The notes beneath the pieces were generated by a model. The model made no database searches and had not been told where the DNA came from. It was given only the letters and a program-made list of their open reading frames with translations. Shown piece after piece: positions 25,631 through 40,100 of a stretch of 64,000 nucleotides of DNA (its first letter is position 1; the number at the start of each line of letters is the position of its first letter). Made by a program: the position numbers and the translations under genes. Origin of the DNA: Podarcis gaigeae (Eukaryota); NCBI GenBank assembly GCA_964106915.2, contig OZ066923.1, one strand, 5' to 3'.

Positions 25631-26787
25631 AGGATGACTGTCTTCAGATACTAGGTCTAAGACCTCAAAATTCCTATCACAATATCTCAATTTTAATTCA
25701 TGAGCTACTGCTACAATCTGCTCCAATTGTATATTTTGTCTTTATGAACACTGTCATTATTGTGTTATATGAGCTGGTCTTTGACTGTAATAAATTATCT
25801 TATCTTGAACTTATCAATGGTTTCAGGCTGTGAAACAGTTTATTAAATAAAGTAAGTTGTTGGCCACCATGAGAACTGGATACTAGACCAGATGGGCCCT
25901 TGGTATAATTCAACAGGGCTGCTCTTAGGTGCTTAATAGAAGGTTGCTTTTAACATTCTTCACCCTGCTCAAGATGCTTTCTGCATGATACAGCTTTGTT
26001 ATCATTAACACCATCTAAGCTGCTGCTACTTCCATTCAGACTTATTTCCTAGGTTTGTTCTGTGGCCTCCTTGTTTCTCAGCCATGTTGGTGGTTTTGAG
26101 TTCTCCTCCAACCCTCTTATGTTTTATCATCTCTCTCTGTTAGCTGTTCGATTTCATGGCAATTAGCTGATGTTCACTGGCCTAGATCTGCCTGTCATTT
26201 CTAGAGAAAACACAGAGTAGGAAACAGCTCAGTCTCTTAACAGCATGCAGGTGGATGTCAAAGCAGATTCGAAGAACACTGACAGATAAAACAGCTATAA
26301 TGAGCAATTACAACAGTTCAAAGAAAAACAGGGTGGTGGTGGCTGTCCCTCCATAATATTTTCTTAAGTTTTCAGAAGACTTCCATTAACATGGGGAGTA
26401 GGAGGAGTTGATGGGTCAGTTACAGATGCTTCATTACAGAAATAAACACTTGGTTTTGATCGTGCTGGGATGCTTGTAGGGATTGTGATTTTTGTTACAA
26501 TTATTTTTTAGCATCCTGTGCATTTGCTCTCCATGCTGGACTGATTTTCTTGAGCTACTGTGAGTCCTGAGCATGCGTTTGTGTGTGCATACATAAACTT
26601 TTTCATGAGCTTACAGGTAACTTGGTCCTCAGAAAATACCCATTTGTTCCAGATTCACAGGTTACAGTTGTACTTCACAGAGATTGCCGCACAAGGCATG
26701 CGACCGACCACCTTTGGCTTGCCAAAGTTTTGAGGTTTTGTTTTTTTATTTTAACATTTTGACTCTTTGATTGGGTTTGGAATTCAG

Positions 26788-26972
26788 GGACCTGGTAGAC
26801 CACGGTTCAAAACCCCACTGAGCCATGAAGCTTACTGAGTAACCTTGGGCCAATTGCTGCCTCTTAGCCTAACCACCACACAGGTTTGCTGTTGGGATTA
26901 AATGAGGAGGAAGAAAACCATATATACCACCTTGTGCTCCTTGAAGTGTGTGATGCAGTAAGTGCAATAAAT
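26788..26972 (+). mobile_element. Old MIR/CORE-like SINE fragment (related fragments at about 44940-45400 minus and about 53885-54030)
   Basis: GGTTCAAAACCCC..GCCATGAAGCTTACTGAGTAACCTTGGGCCA...CTTAGCCTAACC..CACAGG core-like sequence. Confidence 0.5.
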
Positions 26973-28009
26973 ATACTGGAGAGAGACAGCGGCTTCAGCT
27001 GGGAAATTCATTTCTTCTTCTTCTGGCAGCTGCGTATCTAGCCTATAAGCTGTATTCCATAACCTCTGATGTGTTGAGAAGCACTCTCTCTCCGTGTGTG
27101 TGTGTGTGAAAGAGAGAGAGCAGCAGCATTCGAAATTAGCTGGGTGCCAGTTGTGATTTGCGACAGGCAGCTGGCCTTTTGTGATGAAGTGGAGATATCT
27201 GGTTGCCAGGTTTGGCCCCTAACATCTCCATCTGGCTAGCTTGTGTGGCTGCGATGCCACACCACTCAACTGGTCTGTTGGGCAGCACAGCACCATAAGA
27301 TATGCCTCTTTTGGTGTTGCGATGCCCCGCAAATCAGCTAATTCATGTGGCAGCGCGGCACCAAGAGAAGTGTGTCTTTTGGTGCCACACTTCCCCACAG
27401 ACCATTTGCTTCATAACCTTGCACACACAAAAAATGCACCTAGGCATATCATTGTGGTGACTATAGCCTAGATTTAAGGTGCTATTTGGCTCCTAGATTT
27501 TATATCTCAGTTTCTAACACTGAGAGACTTACTTGGATTGTGGAATATGCTTTGCTTGTTCCTCTCCCTGATTCAGGTTTGAGCCTTGGTGCTTGGGTGT
27601 GTGTGTTTAGCTTCAAATCCATGCCCCATCAATGTGTCCATTGGTGGTATTTTCTTCTGTAGTGACTATAGGTTTACATTTATATACCATTTGATTGTAA
27701 TAAAACCTCAAAGTGGTTTAAAATAAAGGGAGTGGTCTGTTTTGAGTTATTGCTCAGCCCTGGAAAGAGCTTATTAGGCTAGAAATTACCTCTGAGCATA
27801 TGCAGAGTGCTTTTCCTTGCTGTTGAATAAATACTTGGTACTGTATTCATAAAGCCATTATTTAATATTTAGAGTGTTTTGCATATATTATCTCAGTTAT
27901 CCTTGCAACAGTCCTGTAAGGCCATTATTATGATTCTCATATTGCAAATGTTTGAGAGAATGCAGAGGCTGAGAGGGTGGCTTTCCTAAGGTCACCTAGT
28001 AAATTGGAA

Positions 28010-28180
28010 AAGGCTATAGAGCATCTGCCTTGTATGCAGAAATTCCCAGGTTCAGTGGACTGGCACCTACAGCTAGGGCTGGATATGTCCTTTGCCCAAA
28101 ATTCTGGAGTGCCACTGCCAGTCAGTGAGCTAGATAGACCAATGGCCTGGTTTTATGTATGACAGCTTCCTATGTTCCCA
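28010..28180 (+). mobile_element. Old tRNA-derived squamate SINE (Squam3-like); related copies at about 31752-31915 (+) and about 37380-37545 (-)
   Basis: AGAGCATCTGCCTTGTATGCAGAA..CCCAGGTTCA head; CTGGAG.GCCACTGCCAGTCAGTG body; CTTCCTATGTTCC end. Confidence 0.55.
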
Positions 28181-29237
28181 TTTCATAGCAGAGATGGGCT
28201 CTGAGGTGGGGTCTTTTTCATTCACATCGTCTTATGCAAGCCTGTGTACTATGTACAGAAGGAGTTGCTCTATGGCGAATTTTGGATTGCAGGCCAGGGA
28301 GAGTTTTGTACATGGCATTGAGATAATTTTGAAAGAAATTGTTGGACAAGGCACATCTTAGTACAGAGGCAGAGAAGCCAAAGAGGAAAGAGTTGTGGCT
28401 CGCAAAAACCTGGAGCTGCTTCAGCTGTAGGAAGTTCCAGAACATTATTTTACAGTATCAAATCATCTGTGGGCTTTTTGGGTTAGCCTTGCTGCTGTGC
28501 TCATTAGTTATACATCTCTTGATGAAGTTGTGGAGGCTGGACACGAGGCAGATCTTGCTTAAGTACCTAAGAAGATGTTGTGTGTGTGTATGTGTGTGTG
28601 TGTGTGAGAGAGAGAGAGAATAGAGTACAACATTTATTTACATTTACCCCAATTTTGTACGGGGGTTCTGTTCCTGGCCACCCCATGCATCACTGGGATC
28701 CCCCTGTTCCACCCTGTCCCCTTTCGGTGCTGAAAACAGCATGTGTGTCAATGGGAGCACGTGCTGATCACGCACAAGTGGGGAGTTGCCTGCATTTATT
28801 TATTTTCATATAATTTATATATCACTTGATTATATAAAACAACAAAAACAGCCACAAACCGGTTTACAGAAAGAATGAAACAATAAAATTACCAGTAAAA
28901 AGAGCTATTAAAAACATTTAAATAATAATTAAAATCAGTGATCAGCTAAAAATGTATTAAAACACATGTAAACCTTCTACATATCTGGGCAGGCACTGAA
29001 AAAGAGTAGAGTTAAGGCAGGGTGTACAGAGTACAGGTTTTGTGTTTATAATAATAGCAGTGTTTATAATAATAGCAGAGCTTTCCTGAAAATAAAAAAA
29101 CCGGGAAATCTGGTGGTTTTGGAAAGGGTTTTAAGAATCCCATAGGCCTTTCCGGGAGTCACAGTGTTGAACAGCTTTGATATATGAAATGCCTCCAAAT
29201 GCAAAATACAGTATAGTATGTTCCTTTTTCTTCACAG

Positions 29238-29418
29238 TGCCTCCAAAGCCATTACATCTGCAGAATTCACAGTCATCCATTGCCCACCAAACCCCCAGGC
29301 ATAAAGCTTTACATTCTACGAAGCCAAGAATGGAGGAAGTTACACCTACCTCTTCTTGCGTATCTAAAGAAAAAACTAGTAAAGTTTCTGATCTCATCAG
29401 TCATTTTGAAGGAGGCAG
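29238..29418 (+). CDS. FGD4: FGD4 exon (VPPKPLHLQNS...MEEVTP...[13 protein letters not shown]) containing the classical start ATG at 29330 and the start of the F-actin-binding region
   Basis: Acceptor ttcttcacag|, donor CAG|gtaaac; 181 nt, phase 1-2. Confidence 0.95.
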
Positions 29419-32400
29419 GTAAACAAGTTTGTTTCATTTTTATTCAAAAGGGTACAGATTAAAAGAAGCATAAGTGACAGTGAATGAGGAACTGGTGTGT
29501 GCTCCACTTTTATAGCATAGATGGATGGTTGTGTTCTAGTGAAATGCAAAATTGGGAAGCTGATACGTTTCTTAAGGCTATGTATTATTCCTTTGTCTCC
29601 CCTTTATATTGGGCCAGCTTGTTCATTCTGCACACCAGGTATCTTCTTGCTAGTCAAATAAATGGGTCTATATATTGGTTATGGATGTCAAAGGCTTGCA
29701 TTCCGTTCCTTTAGATAGGGCAGTCTAACTCTCTTACAGTCTTTCTCCACGCTATCCATCTGTCACTCACTTTGATTCCGTCCGCCATGCCACCACACTT
29801 GGCTGCTATCACTCATGCTTCTGGTCCATTAAACACTCACACTCGAACAGTTATCCAGATTTGATTTCCCATGACAATGAGGATTGATTATTATATAAAC
29901 AACACGGTTTCAGTTATGGCGCCCATAACCATATTTAAAATACCAGAACAGTTACCAATATTTGTGAAGAGGGATTTCACAACTTAGATGTGGGTTATGT
30001 TCTGAGGATTGCGCCTAAAGCCAAAATTGTGTATAGTCAAAACACATTGGGTACAGTGGAAGGTGCAATTGCCAAAGTCTTTCTCCCTGGATGCCCGCCC
30101 CCTTTATATATAATTTTTTGTCAACCTCATAAAGCTGAATGCGCACAAGTTAAATGTGCATCAGTTGTGTGTTTACTGTACAGTGGTACCTCGGTTTAAG
30201 AACAGCCCTGTTTACGAACGATTCGGTTTACGAACTCCACAAAACCGGAAGTAGTGTCCCAGTTTGTGAACCTTACCTCGGTCTAAGAATGTAAGCTGAA
30301 CGGTGGAAGGGCACCAGCAGCAGGAGGCCTCATTAGGGCAAGTGCGCCTTGGCTTAAGAACAGTTTCGGTTTAAGAACGGACTTCCGGAATGGATTAAGT
30401 TCGTAAATCGAGGTACCACTGTATATTATTATAGAAAGATTCAGAAACAGGATGCAGTACGATTTGTATCAGATTGTAAATCTTAGTTTGTAAACTAGTG
30501 TAAAAAAAGTATTCAAAAAGTAACCATAACAGAATTGCTTTCTGCTTCAACAACCCGGAATAGACTTTAAATTTTACTGGGAATCCACTCCCAGGCACCA
30601 GTTCTTAAAGTTACAGTCCTTAAAACTAGTGTGAATATGAGTCATTCGGACCAGTATCTTCCCAACAGGACCAGTAGCCCTTTGGACCCTTAGCTTCTAA
30701 GCCATTTTATCCCCAGCCAGCTTGCTTAGGCAGCTGGCTGAGGATAAAAAGGTGACATGCCTTGCCTGCAGCATCTAATCTTCCCAGGTGGTCTCCCATC
30801 CAGGTACTGGCTTGCTTGGAGCAGAATGGCTGCAGGTACCAGCGACTGTGCCTTATGCATGCCACACACAGAAAAGCTGGCTGTGAGAAGAAGATGGTGG
30901 ACCTGTGGAGGTGGGCTCTGTTCTGAAGTATGGAGTGTTGCAAGGTTATGCTAAAAAAAGAAGAGAGGTAGATTATGCACCTTGGTGGATAATCTTTGAG
31001 TGGATGCACCAGGTGCTAAAAATGAACCAAGGAAGAAAGCACAGCATAGAAGTGTTCAGGGAGCTGCCAAAGTACACAGCAAAAACATTTCGTTTTTAAA
31101 AAAAATCCAGCTGAAGCGGTATGTTGAAGGAGGAAAAATGAGAGGTAAGCGTGGGCTTTTATGTGAGGTGGTAGGATTTCAAGGAAGAGAGCTGCAGTGA
31201 GGGAGTGAGCCCAGGTGCAAGGAGAGGGAACATGGCTGGTGTGGGAAGAGATAACACTCAAAATACTTTGGTGGAAAGGGGAAATGTGATCCTTTCACAA
31301 TGATCACTTTAAAATGGTTTACATGTTCGAAAAAGTGGGGAATAGAACATCAGTGGTGCATACACTCTCACTCTGAACAATCGCAATGGAATAAATAAAG
31401 TGGAGTTTGGAGGAATGGTGAAGACACGTGCCAAAGGAAAATAACAAAGCTTGGGCAAACATTAGGGCAAAGGTTGGGGCATTGCTACATTGGCAGTTTG
31501 TGTAATGTAGGGCTAGGAAACTTCAGTTCTCCAGGTGCTGTTGAACTCCAACTCCCATCAGTCCCAGCTATCATGGCCAGTGATCAGGGTTGATGTGAGT
31601 TGTAGTTGAGCAACATCTGCTTCTCTAACCCTGAATTTGAAAAAGTAGACTTTATGATGTTTGTTCTGTAACTATCGTCTCCCTTCACCCCACTTCTGAC
31701 CCTGATGAAAAAATACAGAATAACAATGTAAGGTAAACAAACACTTATATGGGGAGAGGCCAGTGCACAGTGGAAGAGCACACACTTTGTATGCAGAAGG
31801 TTCAAGGTTCAATCCTCGTCCTCTCCCATTAAAAGGGTTAGGTAACAGGTGCTGGGAAAGACATCGGCTTGAGACTTTGGAGAGTCACTGCCTGACAGAG
31901 TAAACAATGCAAGGCTTTGTGTTCTTTTTTAATGTGTTCATAATACTCCATAGAGAAAAATCCAAGAAAAATAATTCAGTGTTTCAGCAAGATCTATTGA
32001 TATTTGTTTAATGTAGGTAGCAAGGAAACGTTGAAGTATACGATGGGAAGAAGTGCAGTAAGGCTGCATTTCATGTCGAAGAATGTTGTGTTTTTAAAAG
32101 TCATATTTGTGTGTGTGATGTAGCAAATTAGAGGGTGGGATGATGCTTGGCTTCATTCCCAATATCATTTTCTCCAACCTGAGCTCTGATATGGGGAATC
32201 AGTTAGCTGGGAGAAGAGCAGTGGACGCAGGAAAAGTTCAGATTCTCTCACCTTTACCTTTATTAGTTGTAGAAATCCCTGCCACTTTGTGTTTGCTTTG
32301 GCTGCACCCAGTCTTAAAAAACGCATGTGATGTAATCCTTAGTAAGCAGCAAACAGCACTGACTGTAGTATGTTGACTTCAATGGGGTTTAGCCACAAGT

Positions 32401-35400
32401 TTTACCAAGCAAGTCCTAAGTAAGCGTGAATAGGATTGTAGCCATTCTTGGCCTCTGAAACAATGCTCACCATTCTCTCTGCAAATTTTTGACTCAACTT
32501 TGTTTAACATTGCTCTACTGATACTGCTTTTTTGTTTTTTGCAAAGAGGATAGGAAGGATCTTCTATTCACATAAATTGTTCATGTAATATGAATTAGTT
32601 TTTGCTGTCTTTTATTCTCTTTAGCCCATCCATTCCTAGTGAGCTGAAGAAAGAATCCTCTGTTCTAAATGTTGCTAAATCTCAAGGAAAGCATGGGCCA
32701 GCACCAGCACCTCAGCCAAAATTCCTCACCCAACACCCACTACAGAAGCAGGGATATAGTACAGATCACTCTCAGGATGTACAGAATCGCACAGCCAATG
32801 GAGAAGTAGCACAGAACCAGTTGGACTGCAGGGACAGCACATTGCCGGTTCATAATGCGAGTAGGGCCATTCAAAATGCATCATTTGACAGCAGCTTGGT
32901 AAATGGAGAACGTGAGAACATTAGTACAGACGCATTGCAAACTACAGCAGCCTGCAAAGGGCAAACAATCAATAGCTGTTGCCAGACTCCAAGTGTGAAC
33001 ACGTTATTTCCATCGGGAAAAGAAAGTGTAGAAATGATTACCAATACAAAGAACAAGCAGATTGAGGAGCACAATAAGCAAGACTCGCATGTGGAGACAA
33101 AGGTAAGGCAAGCAGTTTATAAAGAAATGTAGGCTATAAAAATAAAATGTACCTTCTGCATTATTGAAATATATAGGCCTCTGAAGGCCATACAGACCAT
33201 TTGTATTTGCATTCAAATCTGATAGCTGTATCCCTAATGCTTTTTAGACCACTCTACAGCTTGAGCAGTTTATCAAAGGAACGAAGAAATTCAACAATAC
33301 ACTTAACTAGACTGCTTTCAAACGACTGAAATTTTAAGTATCTTCCCCTTTTTAACATAGATACAATATACACACACCAACACTTTTCCTTTTAATTTCT
33401 CAAAGCTTTGCAATTTCAATCTGTCCCCTTCTTGTTCCAAGATTTCCCAATATCTCGGCCATTTAGCCTCCATATTTAGTTTTTTAACAGCCTTTGCCTC
33501 CATAGGCGACAACCACCTTGGAGTTTTACTTTCCAACAAATCTTTATATTTGCTCCAGACATTATATAATGCTTTCCTGACAATATGGTTTTTGAAACCC
33601 TTGTGAGCTTTAACCTTGTCGTACCACAGATATGCATGCCACCCGAAAATATTGTTAAATCCTTCTAGGTCCAAAATGTCAGTGTTCTCAAGAAGTAGCC
33701 AGTCTTTCAACCAGCAAAAAGCTGCTGATTCATAGTAAAGTTTGAAGTCTGGCAGGGCAAATCCGCCCCTTTCTTTCACATCAGTTAATATCTTAAATTT
33801 AATTCTTGGCTTCTTGCCCTGCCAGACAAATCTAGAAATATCTTTCTGCCACTTCTTGAAACAATCCATCTTGTCCAATATTTGCAATGTTTGAAACAAA
33901 AACAACATTCTAGGCAATACATTCATCTTAATAACCGCAATTCGACCCAACAAGGAAAGCTTCATATTTGTCCAAATTTCTAAAATCTTTTTTCACTTCT
34001 GTCCAAGATTTCTCATAGTTGTCTTTAAATAAGTTCAACACCAACACAAAATCTATGTATCTTTTGCCAGTTTGACCACATTCCATTTATACAAGGCAAA
34101 AGCTGTGAAGGAATCGATATTGTAGGTGTAGATCAGAGAGGCAATACCAGTGGTATCTCTTGGATATGGAAGCTGTTGAGGGAGATTGCCTGGAGGGCTT
34201 TCCTGCAAAGGAAGGTTCTGGCTCTGAACACAGACTTCCTGTTTGTGTGGACACTTCAGTCTACACAGTGTGGTCTCGGACACTGAAGGGCTTTTTCATT
34301 TAGCAGAATAGCTGGAACAGTTCTTTTCCTCTTTATGAGTGTCCTCATTAGTAAAACGAGCCAAATGCCAATGATTGCAGGAAGGACATCCCAGTTATGA
34401 AAAGGGTGTTGACAGTAATTTACAGGAAAAGGCAGAGACAACAGGGTGGTGGTACAAGAACATACAGGAAGTAAATTGGCACACACCTGGAGAAGGTAAC
34501 GGAAGGAAGCCGTTCAGTATGAGCCTTCTCACCTTCTGGATGATGAACTAATGTTATGATATGTGGCCTTTACATGTTGTAACACCCCAGTGGGAGCAGT
34601 TTTTCTGTGGGTTATTGCCATAGTTCAGCTGTAACATTTCGTTTAATAGACTGTGACCTTATGGACAGGGTCATTCCTATGGGTCCTTTCGCTGGAATTC
34701 TCAGCGCAGTGGGAAATGACACACCCATGGTCTCCCTCAGAGGGGGTACAATGGGTAAAGGGCACCCAACAGACGTAAGCAGCAAGGAGTGTTTAGACAT
34801 TCCGTAATACAAAAAGAGTAAAGCAGAAGAATGGCAGCTGCTGTGATATTCATTATTCCATGCTGTGATATCCTGCTGTGATTTGTAAGGTAAAGGTAAA
34901 GGGACTCCTGACCATTAGGTCCAGTCGTGACCGACTCTGGGGATGCGGCGCTCATCTGGCTTTATTGGCCGAGGGAGCCGGCGTACAGCTTCCGGGTCAT
35001 GTGGCCAGCATGACTAAGCCGCTTCTGGCAAACCAGAGCAGCGCACAGAAACACCGTTTACCTTCCCGCCGGAGCGGTACCTATTTATCTACTTGCACTT
35101 TGACGTGCTTTCGAACTGCTAGGTTGGCAGGAGCAGGGACCGAGCAACGGGAGCTCACCCCGTCGCGGGGCTTCGAACCGCCGACCTTCTGATCAGCAAG
35201 TCCTAGGCTCTGTGGTTTAACCCACAGCGCCACCCGCATTCCACTGTGATTTGTACAGAGTATTTTTTAAAAAAATCATAATAAGGTGGGCTCCTCCTTG
35301 GAGTTGAGCATTCCCTAATCCTGGTCAGCACTCTTGAGTTCCTGGCCAGTTGCAGATCAATCAAATCCAGATTTCAAAATGGACTAGAAACATAGGGAGG

Positions 35401-36740
35401 AGTGCTTTGGAAAGAACTAGAATCTCATGATTTTTTTTTTTTTGGGGGGGGTATGCTGCCCTGCAGTATCTGGACTCTTCCTAGGCAGCATCTCTCACTG
35501 GCTGGCTTCACTCCCTTATTGTGTTTTTTCCTGCCTGAAATGTATCCCCGATGACCCCTCTTCTAGTGTTCTGCATATAGAATCCATGCTCCCTGTTTTT
35601 GTTTAGTGAAATGCCAGGACTAATTTTAGACTTAATGTTCTGCTTTCACTTGATTGTTCCCTTTTTAAAAGTTTCCTTACACAACAAGCCATTATTTTTA
35701 AGGCACTATTAGAATTAGGGAGAGTTCAGAGAATACTGTTTTTCCTATAGACCATCTCGCAATTAAAGTATTACATAACTTGTGTAGAAAGAAAGAAAAA
35801 ACAGAATTCATGACTTTTAGATATCCTACCCTTCTACAATGGGTAGAACAGGCTTATGCTGCTAAGTGCTGTGTTATTTAAACCTATGTGCTCTGGAATC
35901 TCATAATCTTATTCAACTGGCTAGTTTCCTTGCACAGCAGAGTACGTACATACATACATACATACGTACGTACATAATTTTATTTGTATGCCATCTTTCC
36001 ATAGTTAAAACCATGCTCAAGGCTGTTTACAACATGAAAAAATACACAATTACAAACATAACAAAAGAAGTCATATAAAACATAGAAAAAAATCACAACC
36101 AAATTAAACAATTTCCACATGACTCATAATAAGATCTAAAATAAAGATACAAAAAGTTAATATCGGAAACAGAAGCAACACCCCCCCCAAAAAACCCACA
36201 CACACACACTTAAACAATTCCCCAACCCAAGAATCTGTTCAGCAGCCTCAGTTAGTCAGGGCCCAACCCTCCCAGGCCAGGTGGGGAAAGGCCTGCAGGG
36301 CAGGAAGCAGGCCTTCCTGGATTCACAGACAATGACCATGTGTGCCGAGCCCCTAAGGAAGGGCTGGACTCCAAGATGTTGTGCCACAACTACATTAGCC
36401 AAAGCTAGGCTGGCCAGTGGATTGTGGGAGCTGTAGTCTAGCAACATCTGTAAGGCCATTGATTAGCCACTCCTGTCTTAATGCTTGAAAGCAGGATACA
36501 GCAGCACACCCAACGTTGCATCTAATGTGCTTGAAAGAAAAAGTATTCATAGAAAGTGCAATAATTAGAAGAATTTTGAAGGCTCCTCATGCCTGGTTAA
36601 TATCTAAGCCAATGCAGCTGTCTCTAGTTTACCAATGTGGAGGCAGAGGTTCTTGGTTTCTCGCACTTTGGTCCTCCCAATTTTCTACGACTTGAATTGG
36701 GTGAAGGGGGAGAGAACCCTTGTTTGATAAATGCAAAATA

Positions 36741-36794
<54 letters not shown>

Positions 36795-37065
36795 TATTAT
36801 TTGTACCCCGCCCATCTGGTTGGGTTTCCCCAGCCACTCTGGGCGGCTTCCAACAAAGATAAAAGATACACTGAAAGAACTAGCAACTGCTAGCAAACTG
36901 CAGCAAAAATTCAGTAATTCTATTGCAATTTCTTCATTCTGAAAATTGTCTGCATTTCCAGGAGACAAATGAACAGAAATGTTACAATATTGCCAATGAG
37001 CTTTTGCACACAGAAAGAGCTTACGTCTGCCGACTTGCTCTCTTGGATCAGGTAAGAGTGGGATT

Positions 37066-37117
<52 letters not shown>

Positions 37118-40100
37118 TCATGCTGTTTCTAGCTAATATAAGAGGAAACTCTTATATTAGCATGGGAAACCTGCTTTGACCACTAAATCAATTTATTAAA
37201 TCAACCAGTGGATGGCTTCAAAATAATCTTTGCATGTTTGCTTTCTTGTAGTTCCATCCTTTGTCTTTATGAATTTGCATGTATCTCCTACCGTCACACA
37301 CATATTCTACACAATTTCTTTCTGTGTATCTTCTTCTCTTGCCCGCAGACCATGGTAACTGGGACTGCAGCAGTGATGTAGGAACATAGGAGTCAGATCA
37401 CGAGTCCATCTCATTCAGTATTGCCCCCAGTGACTGGTAGTGGCTCTCTAGCATTTCAGATAGGTAACATTTCCAGACCTCCCTGGAGATGAACATGGGA
37501 TCATTGCATGCAGAACGAATGCTCCTTTATTGAGCTATGGCCCTTCTCCACCCCACTATCTTTTAGCAATCTCAGAAAGCACCACCAACACCTTTAGAAA
37601 ATCCTGAACCTATTGCTATGTTTTAGATCTATTGCCATTAAGACATGCAAAATCAATTCTTTCCTTTGCTCAATAAAGGCTTGGTTCTTCGCCCACCCTG
37701 CAGTTTGGCCAGGAAAAGTATATGGCTTTGGTCACTACTTGACATTTACAAATTACAAATGAAAAAAAAAAAAGCCATTTAAATTATGACTAATGACTTA
37801 ATTGAAATGACTAGGAATTACTCATACCTCTGTTGGAATTATGGACTCTGTGGAGGTGGCACAGAAAAATATTCTGTTTGCCATGTAAATGTCACACAAC
37901 CCACGAGCTCTGATTCTGCTCTTCTGATTCAGTGTACTGTACTGGGTCCCCCCTCCAATATTGCAATGAAACACTTCTGTTCCCAATGCCTCCACATTTT
38001 TCATCATATATTGCCTGTCTGCTGAGAATGTTCCTCATCTTCACTCACTGCATGGTTAATTTACCTCCCTTTCATTGGATCATAGCTTCAGCTTTGTTCA
38101 AAGAGGCCCATTTTTCTTATTGGCTTATCCTGAATTTCCCATTTGAATATGAAACAGAGGAAGTCTACATAGCTACCTTTCTTGGAGCAGAAGCTTGACA
38201 CCTCTTATTAGCTTTGAATTGCTTGCTGCTCAGGTTCTGTTGACTGCTAACATCTTACTACATCTGTTGGCTGCACTAATGCATGCGCAACTGCCTTCAG
38301 TTTTCTGAGAAACGACTTTGCTAACAAGTTAAGCAAATAATATGATTAAAAGGTGTAGGAAGCAAACAGACCTTCAATTAAAATTCATGCTAGAATCCTA
38401 CAGCCAAAGATTCAGCTGGCAGGTTCAAGTCAGCATAATGAGCCTTACCCCCTCAAGCCCTTTGCCCCTTGGCAGCAGAAAAGGAGAAACAAATCAGATG
38501 CAGCGGACTGCCTAGAATCTTAACTAGTAAAATGTTGACTTGCGGATCATTCTGTTTGCTTCATTTTGCTGTGTCTTTGTTTGCAAGGAAGTGTGATTAA
38601 TGGCAAGATAGTTCTGGTGGTATTATGAAAGAGGAAGGAGGTCGTTATAATAAATGGACATTTTTAATTAGCTGCAAATTGGCTGAAGACTTTTGATTGC
38701 CTTGTGCCTGCTTTATTTGCCCAGGAATGCGTGTTTTGTGGCTGACTCTCTTTCCCCTTCTTATCCGTTGCAGGAGTTTTATTGTAAATTGATGGATGAA
38801 GCTAACAGGGGCTCATTTCCTGCTGAAGTTGTTAATAAAATATTTTCCAATATTTCATCCATTAATCAGTTTCACAGTCAATTCTTGCTGCCAGAGCTTG
38901 AGAAAAGAATGCAAGAATGGTAAGCAGTGCAGATAATTGGGAGATAGTACTCTGTGAAAGACCATGTGAATGTTATCTGTGCCTGTAGGAGGTTCTATGA
39001 TTCTATTATAAATTGGCAAGTTGTTTTTGTAGTATTGGGATCCATAATAGTCTTGAAATGTCAGAGAACACAGAATGATGTCCCCATGAGATGTCCAGAA
39101 ATGTATAAGACAGGCATAGGCAAACTTGGCCCTCCAGATGTTTTGGGACTACAATTCTCATCATCCCTGACCACTGGTCCTGTTAGCTAGGGATTATGGG
39201 AGTTGTAGTCCCAAAGCATCTGGAGGGCCAAGTTTGCCTATGCCTGGTATAAGATATATTTAACCTCTACCTTAAAACAGGTATTTTAAATACACAACCA
39301 CACTTAACATTTATTCAGAAATACTGGGTGTCACAAGCCAGAGGAGCACCAAGAGAGATGAACCATGCATGTGTTTAGAAAACTGGCAGCTATACATGAT
39401 CTAAGTCATGGGTAGGCAAACTAAGGCCTGGGGACCAGATCCGGCCCAATCACCTTCTTAATCCGGCCCACGGACGGTCTAGGAATCAGCATGTTTTTAC
39501 ATGAGTAGAACGTGTCTTTTTATTTAAAATGCATCTCTGGGTTATTTGTGGGACCTGCCTGGTGTTTTTACATGAGTAGAATGTGTGCTTTTATTTAAAA
39601 TGCATCACTGGGTTATTTGTGAGGCATAGGAATTCATTCATATTTTTTTTCAAAATATAGTCTGCCCCCCCCCCACAATGTCTGAGGTACAGTGGACTGG
39701 CCCCCTGCTGAAAAAGTTTGCTGACCCCTGAACTAAGTAATACAGTTCCAGCTTTTGTAGAAGTAATACAGTTCCAGCTTTTGCAGCCTGACTTGGGAGG
39801 GAAATAATATTTTCCTTTATCATTGTTTGTCAACCCTGAAAATGAAAGTTCTAGTACTGGAATAAATTATTGGAGGGGGATTTTATATTAATAGGTGAGC
39901 TGCAGTGTTTATTTGGTAGGGTTATTAGAGGTGCTTCACTCATGTTTTTTTCTTAGGGTTACTCGACCAAGCTGTGAGTTAGAGACATAATTTGTTTGTT
40001 TAGTTTATGGAATACTCTTTTTTTAAAAAAGTCAATCAAAAGGTAGTTATCAAGCAGAATAAACCAAAAGATACATATTTGACAGAATTGAGGTGCCCAT

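Noticed and set aside
34100-34810. Moderately GC-rich stretch that might be an old LTR or retroelement remnant
   Set aside because: No TG..CA termini, TSD or coding motif could be identified by eye.
34878-35192. Recurrent ORFs with [11 protein letters not shown] / GTYLSTCT (also at 3887, 20021, 43505, 48112, 50967) that look like a protein family
   Set aside because: They are antisense readings of Sauria SINE copies.
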